Of a stretch of 22,053 bases of DNA, positions 1-8,257 are shown one piece after another. Within the stretch, counting starts at the first letter, position 1; each line of letters starts with the position of its first letter. The notes beneath the pieces were generated by a model. That model saw nothing but the letters and a program-made list of their open reading frames with translations. It did no database searches and had not been told where the DNA came from. This stretch comes from Fibrobacteria bacterium (GTDB lineage: Bacteria; Fibrobacterota; Fibrobacteria; UBA11236). The stretch covers positions 1 to 22,053 of the forward strand of contig JBGTHM010000033.1 in assembly GCA_041746255.1 (NCBI GenBank). The letters run 5' to 3'. Position numbers and translations under genes: made by a program.

Positions 1-6
1 CTTCGT

Positions 7-82
7 GGGGCCATAGCTCAGCTGGTAGAGCACTTGCATGGCATGCAAGGGGTCAGGAGTTCGACTCTCCTTGGCTCCACCA
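7..82 (+). tRNA. tRNA-Ala (anticodon GGC)
   Basis: 76-nt cloverleaf: acceptor stem GGGGCCA/TGGCTCC with the G3:U70 Ala identity pair, D arm AGCTCAGCTGGTAGAGC, anticodon stem CTTGC/GCAAG around loop ATGGCAT, T loop TTCGACT, encoded 3' CCA. Confidence 0.98.
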
Positions 83-83
83 T

Positions 84-121
84 AAAAAGCCTCCGTTTCA
101 AGCGAAGCGGAGGCTTTTTTT
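84..121 (+). terminator. Rho-independent terminator, possibly bidirectional
   Basis: 11-bp stem GCCTCCGTTTC/GAAGCGGAGGC (89-99/104-114, one G:U), 4-nt loop, T7 tract after it and A5 tract before it. Confidence 0.9.
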
Positions 122-136
122 AAAAGGGGAAAATCA

Positions 137-1015
137 ATGAATTCCAAAGTAAATGCGATATTAATAACGGGTTTAAGTCTGTTTGTAGGCATTCACGTAC
201 CTGCATCGACCCCGGATTTGCTACCCGAGACCCCAGTACCGGAATTCGGATGGAAAAGGCAATTCACGGGAATGCTGAATTTGAACCAGGTTTATTTCGA
301 CAACTGGGTTAAAGGCGGATCGAATGCTCTGGTCTGGGAAGTGAATTTCGGTGGCCAAGCCGTTTTGGAGCGGGAACCCTACCTGTGGGAATCCAACGCG
401 AAATTCCTTTACGGGCAAACGAATATCTCCGATGTGGGAATCCGTAAAGCAGCGGATGAATGGAAGCTGGAAACCATTTATACCCGCAAACTGGGCACTT
501 GGATCAACCCTTTCGCCGCTGCGGCCGGATGGTCCCAATTCACTACGGGATATAACTACGACGACGAGGCCGGAACTGAAACGGAAATTTCGAATTTTTT
601 CGATCCGGCTTATTTCACCCAGACGTTAGGTCTGGGGTTTACTCCTTTCGCCAATTTCAAGGAGAGGCTGGGTTTTGCGCTGAAGCAGACGATTTCGCCG
701 GAATACGGATATGCGGACGACGTCGAAACGGCGGGTGAAATCGAAACCTTCAAAATCGAATATGGTTTAAGTTCCATCACGGAATACCAGCGGTCACTTA
801 TGGAAAATATCCTGGGTGCCACCAAGCTGGATATATTCGTTAATTTCAAGGGCATCGATGCAATCGACGCGCGTTGGGAGAACAAGATTACCGCTAAGGT
901 AAACAAAAACATCAGCGTCAATCTTGAGCTGGAAATTCTCTATGATAAGGATCTGGACGACAGCTATCAGCTGCGCGAAAGCGTGGCGATAGGCATCACT
1001 TTCCTCTCGCTCTAG
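137..1015 (+). CDS. DUF3078-family putative outer-membrane beta-barrel protein
   Basis: Signal-peptide-like N-terminus; family-like segments LNLNQVYFDNWVKGG, SQFTTGY, ISNFFDPAY, WENKITAKVNK; alternating beta-strand pattern at the C-terminus; purine-rich SD (AAGGGG) upstream. Confidence 0.75.
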   Translation: MNSKVNAILITGLSLFVGIHVPASTPDLLPETPVPEFGWKRQFTGMLNLNQVYFDNWVKGGSNALVWEVNFGGQAVLEREPYLWESNAKFLYGQTNISDVGIRKAADEWKLETIYTRKLGTWINPFAAAAGWSQFTTGYNYDDEAGTETEISNFFDPAYFTQTLGLGFTPFANFKERLGFALKQTISPEYGYADDVETAGEIETFKIEYGLSSITEYQRSLMENILGATKLDIFVNFKGIDAIDARWENKITAKVNKNISVNLELEILYDKDLDDSYQLRESVAIGITFLSL

Positions 1016-2103
1016 GTTGTTCTATCCAAATCCACGACTTTGCCGGTGCGGCACGATTCGTCGGCCGCCAGCACGATGCGTAAACTGTCGATGGCTGCCC
1101 GGTGGTGCTCACGCAAGTCGAGATTCTCGCGCATGACTCGCAAAAAATAAGCCTGTTCCGCTTCGCAAAGGCTGGCATGGGTAAAACCGTCTTCCATTTC
1201 CATGCGAATGTCGGATTCCGACTGGGCGCCGTCGGGGGTTTGTTGCGCGGAATGGATGACCAGGTTGGTCAAGCGCGTATGTCTTATGGTATCCGACGTG
1301 TCGATGGGGGGGATATTGCCCGTGATTCGGTTGGCAATACTGATGCTGCCCCTTGGCCCGATAACATCCTTGATGTGGTGGGCCGTACTGCTGATCATGG
1401 GGCCCCAGCCGGCTTCGAACCAGCCCATGGATCCGTCGTCGAAGCGGATGTGCAGATGTCCGTAATTATAAGAATCGGCGGCGATTTCCTCGCTGAGGCG
1501 GGTAGCCAGGGCGTGCACATGCAAGGGCCGTGCCTGGGTAAGCCTGCACATGATGTCCACATAATGCACGCCGCAATCCACGAGAGGTGAAACGAAGGCC
1601 GAGAGGTTTTTATGCGTGGTCCAATATGCGCCGAAGCTTTGTTGGTTCGAATTCATGCGCATGACCAGGGGCTTTCCCAGCGTACGTCCGATTTCCACTA
1701 ATTTCATGTAGGTGGGATGATGGTGTAGAATATAACCTACCACCAATTTGCGATCGGTTTCCCGGGCGGTTTGAAGCACGGATTCGGCGGCGCTTACCGT
1801 TTCGGCCAAAGGTTTTTCCACGAAAACGTGACAGCCTTTACGCATCGCCGCAATGGCAAAGGCCGCGTGTGTGTCAGGATAGGTGTTGATGGAAACCGCA
1901 TCGGGCGTTGTTTCCCGCAGGGCGGTTTCGAAATCGGAGAATTGGGGGCAATCGCCGATTTCCGCGGCCAACTTTTCCCGGCTTCCATCCCCGCGGCTGA
2001 CCAGCCCCGCTATTTCGAAATCTTTGAGGCGTTGGTAAGCGCGGGCATGAGCGCTTCCCATATGCCCGCAGCCTACAACCAGAATCCTTATTTTACCGGT
2101 CAT
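1012..2103 (-). CDS. Gfo/Idh/MocA family NAD(P)-dependent oxidoreductase
   Basis: Rossmann motif VVGCGHMG, HVFVEKPLA, catalytic-region DCGVHYVD. ATG at 2103 preferred over GTG at 2121. Its stop overlaps the convergent gene's stop in CTAG (1012-1015). Confidence 0.92.
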   Translation of the reverse strand: MTGKIRILVVGCGHMGSAHARAYQRLKDFEIAGLVSRGDGSREKLAAEIGDCPQFSDFETALRETTPDAVSINTYPDTHAAFAIAAMRKGCHVFVEKPLAETVSAAESVLQTARETDRKLVVGYILHHHPTYMKLVEIGRTLGKPLVMRMNSNQQSFGAYWTTHKNLSAFVSPLVDCGVHYVDIMCRLTQARPLHVHALATRLSEEIAADSYNYGHLHIRFDDGSMGWFEAGWGPMISSTAHHIKDVIGPRGSISIANRITGNIPPIDTSDTIRHTRLTNLVIHSAQQTPDGAQSESDIRMEMEDGFTHASLCEAEQAYFLRVMRENLDLREHHRAAIDSLRIVLAADESCRTGKVVDLDRTT

Positions 2104-2268
2104 GCCAAAATCTTTTCCCACGTAAGTGTAGCCCGCTGAAATGTAAATACCGGGCTATTGCCATCGACCAAGCGAACCATGCAATAGAAAGTCCGATAGG
2201 GGTACAAGCCGCGGGAGCGGGAATGCACCCATTTCGATTCTGCCTTCGCGGAAGGGATCCCGGGTACG

Positions 2269-3300
2269 CTAGCAATCACCGCCACCCTGGGAGAATTCCA
2301 CGTCTTCCATTTGGGGAATGTTCATCAAACCCGTCAGCACGGTTTTGACGTCCTGGTTTTCGAACAGCAATGCGTGTAAACCTTCGAGAATATGCATGTG
2401 GATACCCAGTTCGGCGATTTTTTTACGGACAATTTTAACCGTATTCACGCCTTCGGCCACTTCGCCGATTTCCTCTACGGCTTCCTTTAAGGTTCTTCCC
2501 AAACCGATGAGGAAACCCACGCGAAAATTGCGGCTCAATTCACTACTGCACGTGGTCACCAGGTCGCCGACTCCGGCCAGACCCAGAAACGTAAGTGGGT
2601 TGGCCCCCAGCTTTTCGGCCAGGCGGCTCATCTCGATGAGCCCGCGTGTAATGAGCATGCCTTTGGTATTATCGCCCAAACCCATGGCGGCCGAAAGGCC
2701 CGTCGCGATGGCATAGACGTTTTTCAGGGCGCCGGCCAACTCCACTCCATAGACATCGTGATTGCTGTACACGCGGAAATAAGGGCAAGAGAGGACATCC
2801 TGTACGAGATTGCGTACTTCCTCGTATTGGCTTGCGATTACCGTACCGCTGGGTTTTTTGGCGATGATTTCCTTCGCAAGGTTGGGTCCGCTCAAAACCC
2901 CGACTTTGAGGCAGGGAGTCTCTTCACGGAGAATCTGGCTCATCAACTTGAAGGAATCGAGTTCTATGCCTTTGGTCATGGAGACCAATAATTGGCTACC
3001 GCTCAGGTGATCGCCAAGCTTATGCGCCACCTCCCGGAAATGCGGACTGGGAACCGCGAAAAAAATAAGGCGGCATTGCCGTCCCACTTCGGCGAGATCG
3101 GAAGTTGCGGCTACGTTTTCGCTCAAACGAAACCCCGGCAGGTATTTCCGGTTCTCATGCAGGCTATTCACTTCTGCGGCCATTTCGGCGCTGCGATGCC
3201 AATGCAGCACGCTGCGTCCGTTATTGCCTATGATATCGGCCACGGCGCTTCCGAAACTTCCGCCCCCAATTACCCCGACCTTGTCGCTGGCCTGGTTCAT
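2269..3300 (-). CDS. gpsA: NAD(P)H-dependent glycerol-3-phosphate dehydrogenase
   Basis: GGGSFGSA, HENRKYLPG, TKGIE, LSGPNLAKE, GVELAGALKNVYAIA, GLAGVGDLVTTCSSELSRN, VAEGV. Confidence 0.97.
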   Translation of the reverse strand: MNQASDKVGVIGGGSFGSAVADIIGNNGRSVLHWHRSAEMAAEVNSLHENRKYLPGFRLSENVAATSDLAEVGRQCRLIFFAVPSPHFREVAHKLGDHLSGSQLLVSMTKGIELDSFKLMSQILREETPCLKVGVLSGPNLAKEIIAKKPSGTVIASQYEEVRNLVQDVLSCPYFRVYSNHDVYGVELAGALKNVYAIATGLSAAMGLGDNTKGMLITRGLIEMSRLAEKLGANPLTFLGLAGVGDLVTTCSSELSRNFRVGFLIGLGRTLKEAVEEIGEVAEGVNTVKIVRKKIAELGIHMHILEGLHALLFENQDVKTVLTGLMNIPQMEDVEFSQGGGDC

Positions 3301-4946
3301 GCCGTTCCTTTCTCCAAACCGTAATGGTCCAGCTTGTTGCGATAATAATACAGCAGCTTCATGTTCAGCGAATAAGCGGTATTTTTTTCGACCCGTAAAA
3401 CCTCTCCGCTATGAAAACTCTTGAAATGCGACAAGGCGGACTGGAAAATTTCCCAGGGAGGCATTTTCCGTAAATACTCCGCCAGCCTAATCCCCTCCGC
3501 AGCTTCCAATTCCAAAAGCCGGGGCATGAGAAACTCGATGTATTCGCGCACATCGCCCAGGGGAACCTTGCTGGCTTCTCCGTCCAGGCGCACGAGATGG
3601 TAAAGGTCTTCTTTCGGATTGGCGGCTTTGATGGTTTCGAAAAGTGAGAAGGCGGCGACATGGGTGCATAAAATAATGTTGTTGCGCTTGAACGAATCCA
3701 GTATGGTTTCTCCCAGTACTCGGGTATATTGCCTGTCCCTCTGCTCATCGGGATGGTATCGGCCATGCAGTTCGATATAACTGCGTCTGTCCACCACCCG
3801 GCCCTGCTTGTCGCGGCTATTGCCTTCCCGATCGACCTTGTTTCCAAAAAGGTCGATCGGATCGCATAAATGCAAATGAATGTTCGAATCCATATTTTTC
3901 AGGTTCCGCCAAAAATTAAGTTGCCGTGTCAGGCGATTGGATTCCTTCTTTAAGCGGATGAACCGGCTTTTGCCCGTCTGTTGCAGGTGTTGTTCGATGA
4001 GAGACTTGGCTTCCAAGACCAATCCATAGGATAGCGTACAGGGTACTATGAATACGTCGGGTCGGCTTTTTCCCGATCGCAGATTTGCCTGGAAGGCGCT
4101 CAGGCCGCAACCCAAAAGGCCCAGTTTGATTTTTTGTTCGACATCCCCGCGGCGGTTGCGGGCTCCTCCCGGAAAGAACAGATTATGCTGACCGATTTTC
4201 AGCGTCATGGTTGCATATGCCTTCAAGGTCGCCTTATAGATGCGGCTGTGTTTGCGCCTGTCAACCTTGTAAGCCCCGAGGTGGTTCATGAAAAAGGAAA
4301 GTATCGGATTCGTGAAGAGATTGAGACCCGCGCCGTAAGTAAAGGGCGGCAGACGGCATGAATGCAGCGCCAATCCGATTACCATGCTGTCCAAATTACT
4401 GAGATGCGTGGGAGTCATCATGAGCGTGCCCCGTCGCGAAAGCTCCCGGATGTGGTCTACCGGTCCGGTGATGACGAGATTCTTTTCGAGACTAAAGCGC
4501 GATCCCATCGAAGTCAGGAACCCGACGGGTGAGAGACGGGTGAAGAGGGCTTTGAAGCCAAGCGGAAGCAGACGCGCGGCCAGCCGGTACACCCGTGGGT
4601 CGAAATAGCCGGTTATCTCCCGGACATAGCCCGAGATGATGTCGCGGAGCAATTCCAGACGGGTTTTTTCATCCGCATGCGGAAATTGCCCGGCGATTTG
4701 GGACCAATAGGCCTTTTGTCGACGGGTTTCCAGAGAGGGAGGTTCCGAACGGAGGCGTTCCAATTCATGGGTGGCGGCATCGTTGAGAAGGACATCGAGC
4801 GACCAGGCGGGATCTGTCTCCGCGGCGTCTAGGTGCTCCGCCAGGGCTTTTTCCACCACTTCGTTTCGCATTCGCGAAATTTCTTCGGGGGTGAGGAGTA
4901 GGCCTCCGGGGTGAGGAGGTTCCGGAACATTCATTTCAAAATTCAT
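3297..4946 (-). CDS. PlsB/GPAT-like glycerol-3-phosphate acyltransferase (LPLAT superfamily)
   Basis: HxxxxD motif PTHLSNLD, AGLNL, GAYKVDR (block II), FFPGGARNR (variant block III), IVPCTLSY (block IV); 549 aa; 4-nt ATGA overlap with gpsA. Confidence 0.85.
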   Translation of the reverse strand: MNFEMNVPEPPHPGGLLLTPEEISRMRNEVVEKALAEHLDAAETDPAWSLDVLLNDAATHELERLRSEPPSLETRRQKAYWSQIAGQFPHADEKTRLELLRDIISGYVREITGYFDPRVYRLAARLLPLGFKALFTRLSPVGFLTSMGSRFSLEKNLVITGPVDHIRELSRRGTLMMTPTHLSNLDSMVIGLALHSCRLPPFTYGAGLNLFTNPILSFFMNHLGAYKVDRRKHSRIYKATLKAYATMTLKIGQHNLFFPGGARNRRGDVEQKIKLGLLGCGLSAFQANLRSGKSRPDVFIVPCTLSYGLVLEAKSLIEQHLQQTGKSRFIRLKKESNRLTRQLNFWRNLKNMDSNIHLHLCDPIDLFGNKVDREGNSRDKQGRVVDRRSYIELHGRYHPDEQRDRQYTRVLGETILDSFKRNNIILCTHVAAFSLFETIKAANPKEDLYHLVRLDGEASKVPLGDVREYIEFLMPRLLELEAAEGIRLAEYLRKMPPWEIFQSALSHFKSFHSGEVLRVEKNTAYSLNMKLLYYYRNKLDHYGLEKGTA

Positions 4947-5614
4947 GCGAACAACCGTCTCACATCATCCAGACTGAGTTCGTCCATGCGTTTTACCACC
5001 CGGTGGGCTCCCGTGAGTTTATCCGCCGCGTGGGTGGTGGCCACCCCGACCACCTTCATTCCGCCGGCCAAAGCGGCGTCTATGCCGAATTGGGCGTCTT
5101 CGAAAACGAGGCAATGCTCGGGTGCGCGTTTAACCCTGTCGGCGGCCAGGAGGAATACCTGCGGATCGGGCTTTCCGGCTTGCACGTCTTCCGCCGATAC
5201 GATGGAGGCGAAATATTTTTCCAAACCGAGAACCTGCAATGCAGTAGTGATGTTCAAACGGTGGGTGGAAGAGGCGAGAGCGCAGGACATTTGGGCATCG
5301 AAGAGTTGAGCGAGGAATTCCCGAACACCGGGTAAAACCTCCAGGCCCTCGGCGAGAATTACTTCCCGGTACAACTCCTCTTTTCGCAGGGAAAGCCGCT
5401 TCACTTCCGCGGGATTATCCGTCCAGGCCAGGATGGAAGGAATGATCTTTTCGTTTTTCATGCCGAAGCCGCGTATGAAATGTCCGGCGGGGAGAGGTTT
5501 ATCGGACTCCTCGGCGAGTAATTCCCAGCTTTTTTCATGTGCCCTGGAAGAGTCGATAATGACTCCGTCCCAATCGAAGAGCATGCCGATTTGATGGAGT
5601 GTGGGCAAAGTCAT
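4943..5614 (-). CDS. HAD-superfamily phosphatase (beta-phosphoglucomutase/CbbY-like, subfamily IA)
   Basis: Motif I FDWDGVIIDS, motif II LASST, motif III GKPDP, motif IV VFEDAQFGIDAA. Start uncertain (5614 chosen; ORF open to 5659). ATGA overlap with the acyltransferase. Confidence 0.9.
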   Translation of the reverse strand: MTLPTLHQIGMLFDWDGVIIDSSRAHEKSWELLAEESDKPLPAGHFIRGFGMKNEKIIPSILAWTDNPAEVKRLSLRKEELYREVILAEGLEVLPGVREFLAQLFDAQMSCALASSTHRLNITTALQVLGLEKYFASIVSAEDVQAGKPDPQVFLLAADRVKRAPEHCLVFEDAQFGIDAALAGGMKVVGVATTHAADKLTGAHRVVKRMDELSLDDVRRLFA

Positions 5615-5790
5615 CGGATTCGGGTCTCCCTGGGCCACTTGCTTTCGCATGGCGTTCAAGTGGCGTATATGGATGCGGCTTTAATGTTAAAAATTTAACG
5701 ATCTCCGGCAATTTGGCCCTTGCCATGGATTCCCGAATATGCGTTTTTATTATCCCAGTAAACTTTTTTCACGATAGGGAGGCGAGTACT

Positions 5791-6234
5791 ATGGGCGCAT
5801 TGGATACCTGGAAAAAAAGTAAGCCGGTGGAAAAGGCCCTGGAAACCATGGGTGGGTTGTGGAGCAGCCGGGGTGGCGGGAAATCCTCACAGGGAATACC
5901 CGGATTTTCGGGGTCACCGACGGTGGACCTTTCGGAGGATGATAAGGAAATCGTGATAAAGGCCGAAGTTCCCGGGCTGACACAGAAGGATCTGGAAGTT
6001 TCCTATACCGGGGGCTATCTCACCCTCAAAGGCGAGAAACGGCAGGAGACCGAAGACCGCAAGAAGGGTTCCTATTACCGGGAGTCGTGGTACGGTAAAT
6101 TTTCCAGGACTATTCCCGTGGGACAAGAGGTGGAATGGGAAAAGGCGAATGCCCAATACCGCGATGGGGTGCTGCGGATTAGTATTCCGAAAAGATCGGG
6201 AGCGCCCGAAAAAACACGGATAAAAATACAATAG
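5791..6234 (+). CDS. Hsp20/alpha-crystallin small heat-shock protein (copy 1)
   Basis: VDLSEDDKEIVIKAEVPG, LTLKGEK, YGKFSRTIP, ANAQYRDGVLRISIPK, terminal IKI motif; SD GGGAGG precedes ATG 5791, so the longer ORF-track start is not used. Confidence 0.93.
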   Translation: MGALDTWKKSKPVEKALETMGGLWSSRGGGKSSQGIPGFSGSPTVDLSEDDKEIVIKAEVPGLTQKDLEVSYTGGYLTLKGEKRQETEDRKKGSYYRESWYGKFSRTIPVGQEVEWEKANAQYRDGVLRISIPKRSGAPEKTRIKIQ

Positions 6235-6248
6235 GAAGGAGAAAAAAT

Positions 6249-6674
6249 ATGATTTGGAATTTCGAACCATTCAGCGAATTGGAGCGTATGCGGCGCGAGA
6301 TGGACGGTTTGTTCGATCGCATGGGTTTCGCGACTACCGGATCTTACGCCACTTTTCCGGCCATGAATCTCTATGAATCGGATGAGGATGTCACCATCCT
6401 GGTGGAACTGCCCGGCGTGCGCAAGGAGGACATTCAACTCGACCTGCGCGAAAACGTTTTGGTCATCTCCGGCAAGCGCGAACCCGAGGACGCCGGTCAG
6501 GAAGCGGTAAACCTCCGCAAGGAAAGGATGGCCGGCGAGTTTCGTAAAACCTTCCGGCTTCCGGTCAAAGTGGATTCCAACCGGGCGGATGCCCAGTGTC
6601 GGAACGGCATACTTACGCTTAAAATGGCGAAGGCCGAAGAAGCCAAGCCTCATCAAATATCCATTCAAGCCTAG
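6249..6674 (+). CDS. Hsp20/alpha-crystallin small heat-shock protein (copy 2)
   Basis: EPFSELERMRREMDGLF N-terminus, ELPGV, LVISGKR, GEFRKTFRLP, NGILTLKMAK, terminal ISI; SD AGGAG. Confidence 0.94.
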   Translation: MIWNFEPFSELERMRREMDGLFDRMGFATTGSYATFPAMNLYESDEDVTILVELPGVRKEDIQLDLRENVLVISGKREPEDAGQEAVNLRKERMAGEFRKTFRLPVKVDSNRADAQCRNGILTLKMAKAEEAKPHQISIQA

Positions 6675-6683
6675 GAGGACAAC

Positions 6684-7082
6684 ATGGCAACGGAAGTTTC
6701 AAGAAGGGGACGCAAAGAGGTGAGCGCTTCAACCACGGAGAATGTATCCCAAGTCTCCAATGCCTATGAAGCCGATGCGGATATTTTCAGCACGGAATCG
6801 GAATTGACCTTATACCTGGATTTACCCGGCGTGGAAAAAGGAGCGGTAGAAATCGAGCTGGATGAAACCAACACTTTGCAAATCAAAGCGAAAGGATCGG
6901 TTGAAGAGCCGAAGGGTTTGCAATTTCGCGAGTTCCAAATCGGGGATTTCTATCGCGCCTTCCGCTTGGGCGAGGAATACGATCGCGATAAGGTTTCGGC
7001 GACGCTCGAGAACGGCGTTCTTAAAGTCAACGTACCCAAACGAGAAGAAGCGAAGCCCAAACGCATCGCCATCAGCGCTTAG
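6684..7082 (+). CDS. Hsp20/alpha-crystallin small heat-shock protein (copy 3)
   Basis: ADIFST, DLPGVEK, REFQIGDFYRAFRL, ATLENGVLKVNVPK, terminal IAI; SD AGGAGG. Confidence 0.93.
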   Translation: MATEVSRRGRKEVSASTTENVSQVSNAYEADADIFSTESELTLYLDLPGVEKGAVEIELDETNTLQIKAKGSVEEPKGLQFREFQIGDFYRAFRLGEEYDRDKVSATLENGVLKVNVPKREEAKPKRIAISA

Positions 7083-7086
7083 AAAA

Positions 7087-7135
7087 TCTTGATACTTCTG
7101 GAAGAGGCGGGGCCTGCTTCCGGAAGTAATCGGGG
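7087..7135 (+). terminator. Long stem-loop after the Hsp20 cluster (terminator or mRNA-stability hairpin)
   Basis: ACTTCTGGAAG/CTTCCGGAAGT pairing plus inner AGGC/GCCT and outer TCTTGAT/ATCGGGG; no U-tract follows. Confidence 0.45.
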
Positions 7136-7175
7136 TATCCCGAAAAGTCGAAGAACAGGATGATGTCGCTACGGG

Positions 7176-8171
7176 ATGTATATTTCCCTGATGAGCCCTT
7201 CCCAACGTTTTTCCCGAACCGGACGACCCCTTTTTCCAATTCTGTTATGCCTGTACATCCTTTCCGCTCCGATGTTTTCCAATGCCGAAGAGCCGTCCCC
7301 ACGCGTTGTCTCCGATTTGTGGCTTCCTGCCGCCAGCTTGTTTCTACCCGGCTTCGGCCAATATTTGCAAGGTGATTTTCCCTGGGGGGCAGGCTATTCC
7401 CTGACGGCGGTAGGCGGAGTGGTGTTGGCGATAAACAGCCGGTTCATGTTAGTGGATAAATACCTGAATGAGGGGCCCATCCCCACGGAACCCATCCCGA
7501 AATCACCGGAGATGCAGGGCATGTTTTACGGATTGCAGCTGTATCAAACCGCCGGTTTCCTAAGCGCTTATCAGGTTTTCGCGGCATCGGTTCCCAGTTT
7601 GCAGGAGCGTGGGCATTATCGATTTTTACCTAATCCGGAGGGTGTGGGTGACCTCTTGGTTTCCCCATTTCGATTGGAATACCTGAAAAAACCCACGACC
7701 TATATTCCCCTGGGTCTATTCACGGCCTTGGCCGGATTAGCAGTTAGTTCGGAAAGGGGAAGCAGCCAAACCGATAATAGCCGCCTCGTTCCCTATCATT
7801 TTCGCGATGCTCTTTTTACCACCGGCGTATCTTTCAATGCCGGTGTTTCCGAAGAGGCGTTTTTCCGCGGTTACGCCCTGCCCTGGTTTTACCAGGCATT
7901 CGGTGAGCGGTGGTTTTTCGCAAATGGGATGCAGGCGGCTGCCTTCGGATTGGCCCATTACAATCCAGAAAATGAAAGTACCGCGATCCACATGCTGATT
8001 ACCGGGACTATGGGATATTATTTCGGTTCCATGACCCGTCGAAATGATTGGAACGTCGGGGAAGCGATTTTCCTGCACTTTTGGTGGGATATCGTCGCAT
8101 TCACCGCAGGGTATCTGACCTTGCGGGAAATCCGTTTCGATTTTTCTTTTAAGACCTCCGTACCCCTGTAA
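7176..8171 (+). CDS. CPBP (Abi/CAAX type II) intramembrane glutamic endopeptidase
   Basis: EEAFFRG (EExxxR), FGLAH (FxxxH), HFWWD (HxxxD); multiple hydrophobic helices. Start uncertain. Confidence 0.88.
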   Translation: MYISLMSPSQRFSRTGRPLFPILLCLYILSAPMFSNAEEPSPRVVSDLWLPAASLFLPGFGQYLQGDFPWGAGYSLTAVGGVVLAINSRFMLVDKYLNEGPIPTEPIPKSPEMQGMFYGLQLYQTAGFLSAYQVFAASVPSLQERGHYRFLPNPEGVGDLLVSPFRLEYLKKPTTYIPLGLFTALAGLAVSSERGSSQTDNSRLVPYHFRDALFTTGVSFNAGVSEEAFFRGYALPWFYQAFGERWFFANGMQAAAFGLAHYNPENESTAIHMLITGTMGYYFGSMTRRNDWNVGEAIFLHFWWDIVAFTAGYLTLREIRFDFSFKTSVPL

Positions 8172-8257
8172 ACTTTTTTCATTCGCACTCTTCGCTTCCC
8201 ATCCGGCCCTTTCCGATGGTAATATCGATGTGTCGGCCCAATCGAACGGAGCGATTA

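Noticed and set aside
7..1015. tRNA-Ala as the attachment site of a genomic island
   Set aside because: No integrase and no duplicate of the tRNA 3' end seen in the window; downstream genes look like ordinary chromosomal genes.
2122..2268. Possible riboswitch or small ORFs upstream of the Gfo/Idh/MocA gene (TAGCCCG/CGGGCTA and CTATTGC/GCAATAG stems)
   Set aside because: Stems are only 7 bp with long loops, match no riboswitch consensus I recognise, and no expression platform is evident.
5599..5790. N-terminal extension of the first Hsp20 in the ORF track
   Set aside because: Overlaps the divergent HAD gene and promoter region; a strong SD supports ATG 5791.
7176..8171. Abortive-infection phage-defence role for the 'Abi' family protein
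   Set aside because: The CPBP/Abi name does not imply defence function, and no defence genes are nearby.
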